DNA of 64,000 nucleotides from an uncultured Acidimicrobiia bacterium (GCA_963836205.1 CAWIIV010000020.1:64001-128000), one strand, 5' to 3'. Shown: positions 32,300 through 41,076, counted from the first letter of the stretch. Notes: a model not told the origin generated them from the sequence alone. Numbers and translations: made by a program.

Positions 32300-33562
32300 A
32301 TGGGATCATCGGAGCAGGTGACCGACCCGCTGGCGAGCGAGAACGCCCGTTCCCCGAAGTCCTGGACCAGCGTGACGCGCCCCCGGGAGGGTCGCGTCCT
32401 GGGCGGCGTCTGCGCCGGCGTGGGCCGGGCCTTCGGCCTCGACCCGATCATCGTTCGGATCCTGGTGGTGGCCCTGGTGGCGGCGGGCGGCAGCGGCGCC
32501 GTGCTCTACGTGGTCGGCTGGCTGCTCCTGCCCCAGGAGGGCGAGGACGAGTCGCTGGCCCAGGCCGCGGTTCGTGACCGGCGTTACGACCCGGCCGAGA
32601 TCCTGGCCGTGGCGGCCGTCGTCTTCGGGGTCCTGCTCCTCCTGCGGGAGACGGGCCTCTGGTTCGGCGACGGGGTGGTGTGGCCGATCCTGCTGTCGGG
32701 CGTGGGCCTGGCCGTCATCTGGCGCCAGGCGGGCGACGACGACCGGGCCTCGTTGCAACGGGTCGTCGGACGGCTGCCGGCCGCGGTCGACGTGCGGGGT
32801 CGGCGGGCGGCGCTGGCCCGGGTGGTGATCGGGGTGGCCCTGGTGGTGGGTGGAGTCGGGTCCTTCCTCGCCGCCAGCGACGCCTTCTCCGCCCTGCGCC
32901 AGGGACTCCTCGCCACCGCCGGCATCGTGGCCGGGGTGGCCGTGATCACGGGGCCGTGGTGGGTGCGCATGGGCCGGGACCTCACCCGGGAGCGGCGGGA
33001 GCGCATCCGGTCGGAGGAGCGGGCCGAGGTTGCCGCCCACCTGCACGATTCCGTCCTCCAGACCCTCGCCCTCATCCAGCGCAACGCCGACGACCCCCGC
33101 ACCGTCGTCACCATGGCCCGCCGCCAGGAGCGGGAGCTGCGGAGCTGGCTCTACCGCGGCGACCCGCCACCGACCGCCGCCCAGTCGCTCGCGGCTGCAG
33201 TTACCCGGGCCGCGGAGGAGGTGGAGGTCGACCACGGGGTGACCATCGACGTGGTGGCAGTGGGCGACGCCCCCCTCGACGACCGGCTGGAGGCGGTGGT
33301 GGCCGCGGCCCGGGAGGCGATGGTGAACGCGGCCAAGTGGTCGGGCGCGGCCAACGTGTCGGTCTACGTGGAAGCGGCCGACGGCGAGGTCAAGGTGTTC
33401 GTGCGGGACTGGGGGTGCGGGTTCGACCCGTCCGGCGTCGCCGACGATCGCCACGGCCTGCAGGAGTCGGTCGTCGGACGCATGGCCCGCCACGGCGGCC
33501 TGGCCGAGGTCCGGACGGGTGCGGGCGAGGGCACCGAGATCCAACTGCGGATGCCCCGGTGA
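32300..33562 (+). CDS. PspC-domain sensor histidine kinase
   Basis: GRVLGGVCAGV; AAHLHDSVLQTL H-box; EAMVNAAK; VRDWGCGFD; GEGTEI. Confidence 0.92.
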   Translation: MGSSEQVTDPLASENARSPKSWTSVTRPREGRVLGGVCAGVGRAFGLDPIIVRILVVALVAAGGSGAVLYVVGWLLLPQEGEDESLAQAAVRDRRYDPAEILAVAAVVFGVLLLLRETGLWFGDGVVWPILLSGVGLAVIWRQAGDDDRASLQRVVGRLPAAVDVRGRRAALARVVIGVALVVGGVGSFLAASDAFSALRQGLLATAGIVAGVAVITGPWWVRMGRDLTRERRERIRSEERAEVAAHLHDSVLQTLALIQRNADDPRTVVTMARRQERELRSWLYRGDPPPTAAQSLAAAVTRAAEEVEVDHGVTIDVVAVGDAPLDDRLEAVVAAAREAMVNAAKWSGAANVSVYVEAADGEVKVFVRDWGCGFDPSGVADDRHGLQESVVGRMARHGGLAEVRTGAGEGTEIQLRMPR

Positions 33563-34206
33563 GCGACAAGCCGAGGGTCTTCCTCGTCGACGACCACCAC
33601 CTGTTCCGGTCGGGGGTGCGGGCGGAGCTGGGCGACACCGTGGAGGTGGTCGGCGAGGCGTCGGAGGTCGAGGCGGCGGTGGAGATGATCATCGAGCGCC
33701 GGCCCGACGTCGTCCTCCTCGACGTCCACCTCCCCGGCGGTGGGGGCCGCGCCGTCGTGGCCCGGGTGGCGCCCGTGGCCCCTGACGTGCGCTTTCTCGC
33801 CCTGTCGGTGTCGGACGCGGCCGAGGACGTCATCGGCGTGATCCGGGCCGGAGCCCGGGGGTACGTCACCAAGACCATCTCCGGACCGGAGCTGACCTCG
33901 GCCATCCTCCGGGTGGCCGAGGGCGACGCCGTGTTCTCCCCCCGCCTGGCCGGCTTCGTGCTCGACGCCTTCGGGACGGCTGCGGCCCTCCCCGACGGCG
34001 GCGATCCCGAGGTCGACCAGCTCACGGCCCGGGAGCAGGAGGTGTTGCGCCTGATCGCCCGGGGCTACGCCTACAAGGCCGCGGCCCGAGAGCTGAACAT
34101 CGGCACCCGGACGGTGGAGACCCACGTGTCGTCGGTGCTGCGCAAGCTCCAGCTCTCGAACCGCCACCAGCTGACCCGCTGGGCCACCGAGCGCCGGCTG
34201 ATCTGA
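33559..34206 (+). CDS. NarL/LuxR response regulator
   Basis: LVDDHHLFR, DVVLLDVHLP, LTAREQEVL..TVETHVSSVLRKL. Confidence 0.95.
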   Translation: MSDKPRVFLVDDHHLFRSGVRAELGDTVEVVGEASEVEAAVEMIIERRPDVVLLDVHLPGGGGRAVVARVAPVAPDVRFLALSVSDAAEDVIGVIRAGARGYVTKTISGPELTSAILRVAEGDAVFSPRLAGFVLDAFGTAAALPDGGDPEVDQLTAREQEVLRLIARGYAYKAAARELNIGTRTVETHVSSVLRKLQLSNRHQLTRWATERRLI

Positions 34207-34281
34207 GTCACAGCTCGCCAGCGGGCACCCGGTGGCCGGGGCGGGCCCTACGCCCGATAATTGGGCCCGGTCCTCAGGCGA

Positions 34282-34599
34282 TCAGGCGGTGGCGGTGGCG
34301 GTGGCGCCCTCCTGCTCGACGGCCGCGCGCACCTTCGGGGGACGGCCCCGCGGCCGCTTGACCGCGAGAACCTTGCCCTTGAAGAACAGCCGTCCGCCCC
34401 ACACGCCGTACGGCTCCCGGCGGGCGAGAGCCGTCTCGAAGCACAGCTCACGCACCGGGCAGACGGCGCAGATGGCCTTGGCCCGGGCGATGTCGTCGAG
34501 CTGCTCCGAGTAGAACAGCGCGACCAGGTTGCCGGTGCCGCTCTTGCACCGGGCCTCGGCCCACAGCTCCTCGTCGTTCTCCTGCAGCTCGGCGAACAT
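34282..34599 (-). CDS. whiB7: WhiB7/WblC-like regulator with C-terminal AT-hook
   Basis: Four Cys, EPYGVWGG, KRPRGRPPK; SD AGGAG before ATG. Confidence 0.85.
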   Translation of the reverse strand: MFAELQENDEELWAEARCKSGTGNLVALFYSEQLDDIARAKAICAVCPVRELCFETALARREPYGVWGGRLFFKGKVLAVKRPRGRPPKVRAAVEQEGATATATA

Positions 34600-34633
34600 C
34601 GCTCCGCTCCTCTCCTGTGTGTACTTCTCCTGG

Positions 34634-34667
34634 AAAACCAAGAGCCGCCGGCTGTTGCCGGCGGCTC
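34634..34667 (-). terminator. Intrinsic terminator/attenuator upstream of whiB7
   Basis: Minus strand GAGCCGCCGGC-AACA-GCCGGCGGCTC followed by TTGGTTTT. Confidence 0.85.
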
Positions 34668-34698
34668 GAGGGGCCCTGCTTGGAGGTCTGACCGGTTG

Positions 34699-34848
34699 CT
34701 ATCCCGGTGAACCTCCGTAGCCCCTCGGCCGCACGATGTGACCGTTGGCAATCGGCCACGTGACCATCGACACCTCGGCCGCAAACGGACGCGCCGCGTC
34801 GAGGACGCAATCGCTCCGCTTGGCGTAGGTGGTGGCGGTCAACAGCAC
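34699..34848 (-). CDS. whiB7 leader peptide (uORF, 49 aa, probably leaderless)
   Basis: GTG..MLLTATTYAKRSDCVLDAARPFAAEVSMVTWPIANGHIVRPRGYGGSPG*; starts 6 nt after a -10-like element and ends before the terminator. Confidence 0.65.
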   Translation of the reverse strand: MLLTATTYAKRSDCVLDAARPFAAEVSMVTWPIANGHIVRPRGYGGSPG

Positions 34849-34854
34849 GGCAAC

Positions 34855-34900
34855 ATGGTTCCCAATTGCCAGGTCCACGTCAACCGATTTACGAGATTTC
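34855..34900 (-). promoter_or_regulatory. Putative WhiB7-activated sigmaA promoter
   Basis: GAAATC..TAAATC-GG-TTGACG-N17-AACCAT. Confidence 0.6.
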
Positions 34901-34916
34901 CTGCGACAATCGGTGC

Positions 34917-35264
34917 ATGCCCATGCGGATCGAATGCAAGAACTACGAGAGCCGCACGTATCCGGGCGGCGAAACCGTCCGCAAGTGCAACCTCGACTTG
35001 GCCCCTGAAGCGCCGTGGCGATGCCCGGCCAACTGCTCCGCCTTCGCCCCCCGGCTGGCCGACGTCAACTGGACCCACGGCGAACTGCTCGCCCCGCCCA
35101 CCCCTCCGGAGCCCCCCGGGCTCGACGAGAACGCGGTGCGGCTGCTCGACGAGGCCGAGGACATCGTCAACGCCGCCGGACCGTCGATCATGCGGGAGCT
35201 GCGGGCCAAGGGCTCGCGCGACGAGCGTATGCCCTGGTGGAAGCGGTTCGGCCGCAACCGCTGA
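34917..35264 (+). CDS. Cys-containing hypothetical protein
   Basis: MRIECKNYESR..KCNLDLAPEAPWRCPANC; typical codon usage. Confidence 0.8.
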   Translation: MPMRIECKNYESRTYPGGETVRKCNLDLAPEAPWRCPANCSAFAPRLADVNWTHGELLAPPTPPEPPGLDENAVRLLDEAEDIVNAAGPSIMRELRAKGSRDERMPWWKRFGRNR

Positions 35265-35271
35265 GCTGCTT

Positions 35272-35379
35272 TCAGAAATCGAAGGTCAGCGCGAACCACA
35301 GGGAGTACGCGAACCACAGGCCGACGACGAAGGCGACCAGGATCATGATCACCTTCTCGGTCTCGCTCGGCCGCTTCAC
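35272..35379 (-). CDS. Small single-TM protein (35 aa)
   Basis: GTGA overlap with desaturase stop; hydrophobic VIMILVAFVVGLWFAYSLWF. Confidence 0.55.
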   Translation of the reverse strand: MKRPSETEKVIMILVAFVVGLWFAYSLWFALTFDF

Positions 35380-36200
35380 GGCGCCGCCACCAGATAGCGG
35401 GCGGCGGCGGCGATGCCCTCCTGGGATCGCAGGCCGCGGAGCAGGGCCGGGTAGCCGCCGGTAAGCGCCTGGGCCGGCGTCGACACCCGCTTGCCGCCGG
35501 TCAGCCCGTAGCGGACGGCAACGGTCTCGGCCGCGTAGGTGCCGAAGAGGCGGTCCCAGACGATGAGCATCGAGCCGAAGTTCTTGTCGAGATACTCGGG
35601 GTTCGACCCGTGGTGCACCCGGTGGGCGGCCGGGGTGACGAAGACCCAGTCGAGCGGCGTCCGGCGGCGGACGAGCTCGGTGTGCTGGAGCTGGCCGGCC
35701 ATCAGGACCAGGGCGCCCATGGCGGCGAAGGCGACGGGGTGGAACCCGAGCAGGGGCACCCAGAGGGCGAGCGCGGGCTTGTAGAGCGACTCCATCCACG
35801 GCAGGCGCACGGCCGAGGTGAACGTGAAGCGCTCCAACGAGTGGTGGATCATGTGCGACGCCCACAGCACCCGCACCCGGTGCTCGGCCCGGTGGATCCA
35901 GTAGTAGGCGAAGTCCCGGCCGACGAAGATGCCCAGCCACACCAGCGGGTTGGTCCAGTCGAGGGTGAACAGCCGATGCTGGTAGACGGCCAGAGCCACG
36001 CCGAACATGAGGGCCTTCGACACCACGCCCTTGACTGCCAGGTAGGCCAGGCCGGCCGTCATCGACGTCGCCGATCCCTTCAGCCGCCTGCGGAAGGTCC
36101 CGAAGGCGAGCTCGCCGCCGACGGTCACGGTCACCGAGGCCGCCAGGAGGAGGGTGGCGTGGGCGGTGACCCAGGGGATGAGGGCGGAGGCGTCGGGCAT
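35376..36200 (-). CDS. Sterol desaturase/fatty acid hydroxylase family protein
   Basis: His boxes YYWIHRAEH, HMIHHS, HRVHHG; DKNFG..WDRLFGT. Confidence 0.92.
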   Translation of the reverse strand: MPDASALIPWVTAHATLLLAASVTVTVGGELAFGTFRRRLKGSATSMTAGLAYLAVKGVVSKALMFGVALAVYQHRLFTLDWTNPLVWLGIFVGRDFAYYWIHRAEHRVRVLWASHMIHHSLERFTFTSAVRLPWMESLYKPALALWVPLLGFHPVAFAAMGALVLMAGQLQHTELVRRRTPLDWVFVTPAAHRVHHGSNPEYLDKNFGSMLIVWDRLFGTYAAETVAVRYGLTGGKRVSTPAQALTGGYPALLRGLRSQEGIAAAARYLVAAP

Positions 36201-36278
36201 GCTCCTACCGTCGGCCCCCGACGGCCCCGCCGACCCCCGGCCTGGCCCCCAAAGCCCCCTGGGGCCGACCCGATCATG

Positions 36279-36329
36279 TGCTTTCTGAAGCGAAAACGAC
36301 CTCCCATGTCGTTTTTGCTTCAGAAAGCA
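36279..36329. repeat. 22 bp AT-rich inverted repeat
   Basis: tgctttctgaagcgaaaacgac-N7-gtcgtttttgcttcagaaagca (1 mismatch). Confidence 0.85.
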
Positions 36330-36367
36330 GTGGCGGGCGGGGCGCCGGGGCGTGGTGAAGTGGCGGG

Positions 36368-38263
36368 GTGGATCCCGCGGCCGCCCTGAAGACGTTGGCG
36401 GGCGCCCTCGTCGGAGGCGGCGAGGTGCGGGCCGGGCAGGTGGCCATGGCGGAGGCGGTGGCCCGGGCGGTACGAGACGGGCGGCCACTGGTCGTGCGGG
36501 CGGGGACGGGAACGGGGAAGACGTGGGCCTACCTGGTCGGATCGCTGCTCGAGTCGGCGGGCAAGGTCGTGGTCGCCACCGCCACCAAGGCGCTCCAGGA
36601 CCAGCTGTCGGGCAAGGACCTTCCCGCGGTAGCCGCGGCCGGCGTGCGGCCCGGACTCACGTGGGCGGTCCTCAAGGGTCGGAGCAACTACCTGTGCCGG
36701 CAGGCGGCGGCGGAGGCGGCTCGCGACGACGACGCCCCCGCCCTCGGGCTCGGCGGCGGGAGCGGGGGCAGCGAGACCGGGCGGGCTGTGGGGCGGGAGG
36801 TGGCCCGGCTGCTGGCGTGGGCCGAGGACAGCGTGAGCGGCGACCGGGCCGAGCTGTCGTTCGAGCCGAGCCCGGCGGCGTGGTCGTCGGTGAGCGTGGG
36901 GTCCGACCAGTGCCCGGGGGCGAAGGAGTGCCCGAGCGGCGAGACCTGCTTCGCCGAGGCCGCCTACGAGCGGGCCCGGGAGGCCGACGTCGTCGTCGTC
37001 AACCTCCACCTGCTCGGGGCCCACGTCGCCTCCGGCGGCCACGTCCTCCCCGACCACGACGTCGTCATCCTCGACGAGGCCCACGAGGCACCCGACGTCA
37101 TGGCCGGCGCCCTGGGCGTCACCCTCACCCCGGGGCGGGTCACCGCCGTCGCCCGGCTGGCGTCGGCCACGAGCCTGTCCCGCCACCGGGACCGTCTCGA
37201 CGACGTCGTCGAACCGCTGGTGGGCACCCGGCTGGCCACCGGCGCCATGGGGAATGCCCAGGTGGGCGAGGTCCTGACCGACCTGGCCGAGGCGTTGCGG
37301 GCGGCGCGGGCGGCGCTCCGTGGCCTCCAGCCCGACCCCGCCCTCAAGGCCCGCCGGGAACGGGCGACCAAGGCGCTCGACTCCCTGGCGGCCGATGTCG
37401 ACACGGTCCTGCACGCAGGCGACGAGGACGTGACGTGGGTCGAGCAGGCGGGGTCGGGGTCGCAGCGGGCGCTGCGGGTGGCACCGATCGACGTCGGGGC
37501 GGAGCTGGCCCGGGTGGCGTGGTCGTCGACGACCGCCATCCTCACCTCGGCCACCGTCCCCATCGGCCTCGGCGCCCAGCTCGGGCTCGGCCGGGACTCC
37601 GTCGAGCTCGACGTGGGTAGTCCGTTCGACTACCGCCGGCTGGCCCTGCTCTACGTCCCCCGCCTCCCCGACCCCCGCCATCCCGACCACGAGGCGGCGG
37701 CCCACGCCGAGCTCGAATTCCTGATCGCTGCCGCCGGTGGCCGCACCCTGGCCCTGTTCACGTCGTGGCGGGCCATGCGGGCGGCCCACGGCGCCCTCGC
37801 CGACCGTCTGCCGTACCGGATCCTGGCCCAGGACGACCTTCCCAAGCCGGCGCTGATCGACGCCTTCCGGTCGGACGAGACCTCGTGCCTGTTCGCCACA
37901 ATGGGCTTCTGGCAGGGCGTCGACGTGCCCGGATCGGCCTGCTCCCTGGTGGTGATCGACCGGCTGCCGTTCCCCCGGCCCGACGACCCGGTGATCCAGG
38001 CCAGGCGGGAGCGGGCGGGACCCAACGCCTTCAACGCCGTCGACCTGCCCCACGTCGCCACCCGCCTGGCCCAGGGGGCGGGCCGCCTCATCCGGAGCAC
38101 GACCGACCGGGGGGTCGTGGCCGTCCTCGACCGCCGGTTGGCGGAGTCGTCGTACCGGCCGGTGATCCTGTCGGCCCTACCGCCGATGCGCCGGACCCGG
38201 GACCGGGCCGACGTCACCGCCTTCTTCGCCGCCCCCGCCGACGCCGCGCCGGACGACGGCTGA
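36368..38263 (+). CDS. DinG/YoaA-family ATP-dependent DNA helicase
   Basis: AGTGTGKT, KGRSNYLC, Fe-S Cys cluster, DEAH, FWQGVDVPG, QGAGRLIRS. Confidence 0.93.
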   Translation: MDPAAALKTLAGALVGGGEVRAGQVAMAEAVARAVRDGRPLVVRAGTGTGKTWAYLVGSLLESAGKVVVATATKALQDQLSGKDLPAVAAAGVRPGLTWAVLKGRSNYLCRQAAAEAARDDDAPALGLGGGSGGSETGRAVGREVARLLAWAEDSVSGDRAELSFEPSPAAWSSVSVGSDQCPGAKECPSGETCFAEAAYERAREADVVVVNLHLLGAHVASGGHVLPDHDVVILDEAHEAPDVMAGALGVTLTPGRVTAVARLASATSLSRHRDRLDDVVEPLVGTRLATGAMGNAQVGEVLTDLAEALRAARAALRGLQPDPALKARRERATKALDSLAADVDTVLHAGDEDVTWVEQAGSGSQRALRVAPIDVGAELARVAWSSTTAILTSATVPIGLGAQLGLGRDSVELDVGSPFDYRRLALLYVPRLPDPRHPDHEAAAHAELEFLIAAAGGRTLALFTSWRAMRAAHGALADRLPYRILAQDDLPKPALIDAFRSDETSCLFATMGFWQGVDVPGSACSLVVIDRLPFPRPDDPVIQARRERAGPNAFNAVDLPHVATRLAQGAGRLIRSTTDRGVVAVLDRRLAESSYRPVILSALPPMRRTRDRADVTAFFAAPADAAPDDG

Positions 38264-38267
38264 GAGC

Positions 38268-38516
38268 TCAGGCGCTGCGGCGGAGGGGTGCGTCCACGGC
38301 CTCGGGCATCGGCATCGGGCTGACATCGGCCACGCGGCCAACGTCGACCGCACCCACGTTGGCGACCTCGGCCGCCGACTGCGCCCGCCGCCGCCACCGC
38401 CGAGGGGCCGCCACCGACGCCGCCCGGCGGTGCCGATCGGCCTCGCGGCACAGGTCGGCCAGCCGGGCGTCGGACAGCCTCATCATCGTCTCCGTGTAGG
38501 CATCGAACCCGCTCAT
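38268..38516 (-). CDS. Small hypothetical protein
   Basis: MSGFDAYTETMMRLSDARLADLCREADRHRR. Confidence 0.5.
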   Translation of the reverse strand: MSGFDAYTETMMRLSDARLADLCREADRHRRAASVAAPRRWRRRAQSAAEVANVGAVDVGRVADVSPMPMPEAVDAPLRRSA

Positions 38517-38804
38517 GCGCCCATGATCGACGAGGCACCCGCGGGCGTGCTCCGAATTTCCGTGCGGGCAGGCGAGGGCGCCTGCCAGCCGAGTGAAACG
38601 CAGAGAGAAGGCCTCCCGACCAGGCCCGCTCGCCGGCAAGCACACGCGCTCGGTTCCTGTCCCGCTCTTCGGCATTGTTGCCTCAGATGCCTCTTCGTCC
38701 CGATGCTTCGCTCCTGGCTGCCCAAACTGCATCCCACACCTGGCGCCTCCGTGTAGGTACGGTTCGGGCGGCCCGGATTGCAGACTTCCTTGGCTGGCAT
38801 GGCC

Positions 38805-38828
38805 TAGACTAGTCGAACTAGTGTTCGT
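38805..38828 (+). promoter_or_regulatory. -10 element followed by a LexA box, upstream of the methyltransferase
   Basis: TAGACT (38805-38810) then TCGAAC-TAGT-GTTCGT (38813-38828); SD GGGAGG before GTG 38845. Confidence 0.75.
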
Positions 38829-38844
38829 ATGAGGGAGGTCGACG

Positions 38845-39861
38845 GTGGGCCTAGCGCCAACCCAGTGGGGACATCCGGCGGGATCCGACGTCGTGATCGG
38901 TCGATCGCTTGGGCTGGAACACCTGGCATCGCTTGTCCCAGCCTCGCTGTTGGAGTTCGTCAGGCGCGAGCCTCAGAAAGCCTTCCCTGCAATAGCGAAG
39001 GATCCGGACGCCTGCGCGCAACTGCGCATGGCAGTCGCATCGTTGGAAACGTGTCACCGCCTTCAAAATCTCGACAGCCGGCATCTCGCACTGCCCGACG
39101 GGAGTGTTGGCCTCGTGGTGACATCTCCGCCCTACTGGACGCTGAAGAAGTACAACGAGCACGAGGGCCAGCTCGGCGACGTCGAGGATTACGAGATGTT
39201 CCTCGACGAGCTCGACGAGGTGTGGCGCAGAGCGTACGACGCTCTCGTGCCAGGCGGACGGTTGGTAATCGTCGTCGGAGACGTCAGCGTTTCCAGGCGG
39301 GCGTTCGGCCGACACCTCGTTTTTCCTCTTCATGCAAGCATCCAGGAGCGATGCCGTCGTCTCGGGTTCGACAACCTCGCTCCGATCATCTGGTACAAGA
39401 TCGCCAATGCCCAGTATGAGGCGGGTGGTGGAGGCTTCTTCGGAAAACCATTCGAACCAAACGGCGTCATAAAGAACGATGTCGAGTACATCCTCTTCCA
39501 GAGAAAGCCGGGTGGATATCGGAAGCCGGATATCCCGACTAGGCTCCTCTCCTTGATTCCCGCTACTGACCATTCGGACTGGTTCCAGCAGGTCTGGAGA
39601 CTCAGCGGAGCTTCAACGTCTGAGCACCCAGCGCCGTTCCCGCTCACGCTCGCCGAGCGGCTGATCCGAATGTTCTCATTCGTCGGTGACACGGTGCTGG
39701 ATCCGTTCATAGGAACGGGCACGACGGCCGTAGCGGCCGCACGCTCCGGCCGGCACTCTATCGGATGTGAAGTCGATCCTCACTACTTCGCGAACTCGGT
39801 GCAGCGTGTCACCAAGGCATCCGGGGCGCCCGCTCAAACGGCATTCGATCTCTCGGCCTAG
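38845..39861 (+). CDS. Beta-class N4-cytosine/N6-adenine DNA methyltransferase
   Basis: VVTSPPY catalytic motif before HPAPFP and VLDPFIGTGTT SAM-binding motif. Confidence 0.93.
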   Translation: MGLAPTQWGHPAGSDVVIGRSLGLEHLASLVPASLLEFVRREPQKAFPAIAKDPDACAQLRMAVASLETCHRLQNLDSRHLALPDGSVGLVVTSPPYWTLKKYNEHEGQLGDVEDYEMFLDELDEVWRRAYDALVPGGRLVIVVGDVSVSRRAFGRHLVFPLHASIQERCRRLGFDNLAPIIWYKIANAQYEAGGGGFFGKPFEPNGVIKNDVEYILFQRKPGGYRKPDIPTRLLSLIPATDHSDWFQQVWRLSGASTSEHPAPFPLTLAERLIRMFSFVGDTVLDPFIGTGTTAVAAARSGRHSIGCEVDPHYFANSVQRVTKASGAPAQTAFDLSA

Positions 39862-39915
39862 GAGCTCACAGGGATGGCGGAATCGTCGAGGAGGACCGCG
39901 ACGTAACATCTGCCG

Positions 39916-40653
39916 GTGGCACTTCCCTTGAGCTTTCTCACTCACCTGCAAACCAAGGGCTACAACTCACGCAACAGCGTCCACTCGCGTGCCATCTGTG
40001 AAGCCATGGTGGCCGACCTCATGGCGACATGCGTGAGGATCCGAGAGGAGGCCATGGCGGGCCAACTCGTGTTCAAGATCGACCATATCTTGCCGGCAGC
40101 CGGTCTGGACGAATGGAAGACGGACCTCGCTATCGGACCTCCGTCTCCGGACTTCCTGCCCGATCCTGGTACTCCACCCGGGGCAATGCCGGAGGGAACA
40201 CCAATTTCCACCCGAATCGCCGTAGAGGCGAAATCTACGATGACCAAGCACAGCGGAGCCCGCAAGAACCGCAAGCGTGACCTCGAAGCCCACCACCAGC
40301 ATGTCCACGCGTACAGCGAGGCAACGATCGCCGCCAGCATCTCGCTCGTAAACGCTTCCGATACCTTTCAATCGAGTCTTCTCAGCGAGCCGACCCAGAT
40401 TACGACTAGTCGGATGACGGCATATGCCAAGGCCCAAGGCGTGGTCGATCAGGTGAAGATGGTCGCTTTCTCGCCGCACCAGGGTGCACAAGGAATTGAC
40501 GCAAAGTGCGCACTGGTTGTCGAGATGGACAACGTAAACCTTGCCTCGACCAAGTACGTCGAGAAGGCGCCGCCAGCACCGGCGTCGGGTGATCCTCTCC
40601 ATTGGGACTCATTCATCCATCGCGTGTGCGAGCGCTACTCTGAGCGCTTCTAG
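39916..40653 (+). CDS. Putative type II restriction endonuclease (PD-(D/E)xK)
   Basis: Directly downstream of the MTase; KTDLAIG..IAVEAKS motif; atypical lower-GC codon usage. Confidence 0.6.
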   Translation: MALPLSFLTHLQTKGYNSRNSVHSRAICEAMVADLMATCVRIREEAMAGQLVFKIDHILPAAGLDEWKTDLAIGPPSPDFLPDPGTPPGAMPEGTPISTRIAVEAKSTMTKHSGARKNRKRDLEAHHQHVHAYSEATIAASISLVNASDTFQSSLLSEPTQITTSRMTAYAKAQGVVDQVKMVAFSPHQGAQGIDAKCALVVEMDNVNLASTKYVEKAPPAPASGDPLHWDSFIHRVCERYSERF

Positions 40654-40674
40654 CTCGCATCACACGAGGAACGA

Positions 40675-40860
40675 TCACCCCCCGAAGTCTGTCTGGAGTC
40701 CTCTGAGTTCCTCGACGGGGCCGACGACGCACGAGTACCCAAACTCGTTGGTGAGAGTGCCCCACGCAGCATCGGCGATCCACTCTGGGTCGTCGTAGGC
40801 CACCTCTCCGGGCTCGACTGTCACCGTGATTGTTATGCGGAAGGTTCGAGGCGTCGCCAC
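40675..40860 (-). CDS. Small acidic hypothetical protein
   Basis: RTFRITITVTVEPGEVAYDDPEWIADAAWGTLTNEFGY. Confidence 0.55.
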   Translation of the reverse strand: MATPRTFRITITVTVEPGEVAYDDPEWIADAAWGTLTNEFGYSCVVGPVEELRGLQTDFGG

Positions 40861-41076
40861 CGGTACAGCTTCGCTCGAGGCTCGCGGCGAAGCGACAATC
40901 GCCGGGCCGTCCGGCCCGTCCGAGGTCAGTGATTGCGCGTGGGCTGGGCGGCGAATGGCCGGCCCGCGTTGGCACACCCACCGCTGGGCTCTTCCCGAAG
41001 CCCGGAGCTCCGTTCAGGTGGCGGCCGGCCAAAGGCGTTCTCACCGCGATCGCGCCGCGCCTCTAATCTGGCGGCC

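Noticed and set aside
30665-34206. PspC/kinase/regulator locus as a novel system
   Set aside because: This is a known, widespread actinobacterial envelope-stress arrangement.
38829-39419. 196 aa ATG ORF overlapping the methyltransferase
   Set aside because: Alternative frame with no motifs; the SD fits GTG 38845.
39500-40653. CTAG sites in the body of the R-M genes as evidence of specificity
   Set aside because: Four sites in ~1.2 kb is unremarkable at the islet's lower GC; only the promoter cluster stands out.
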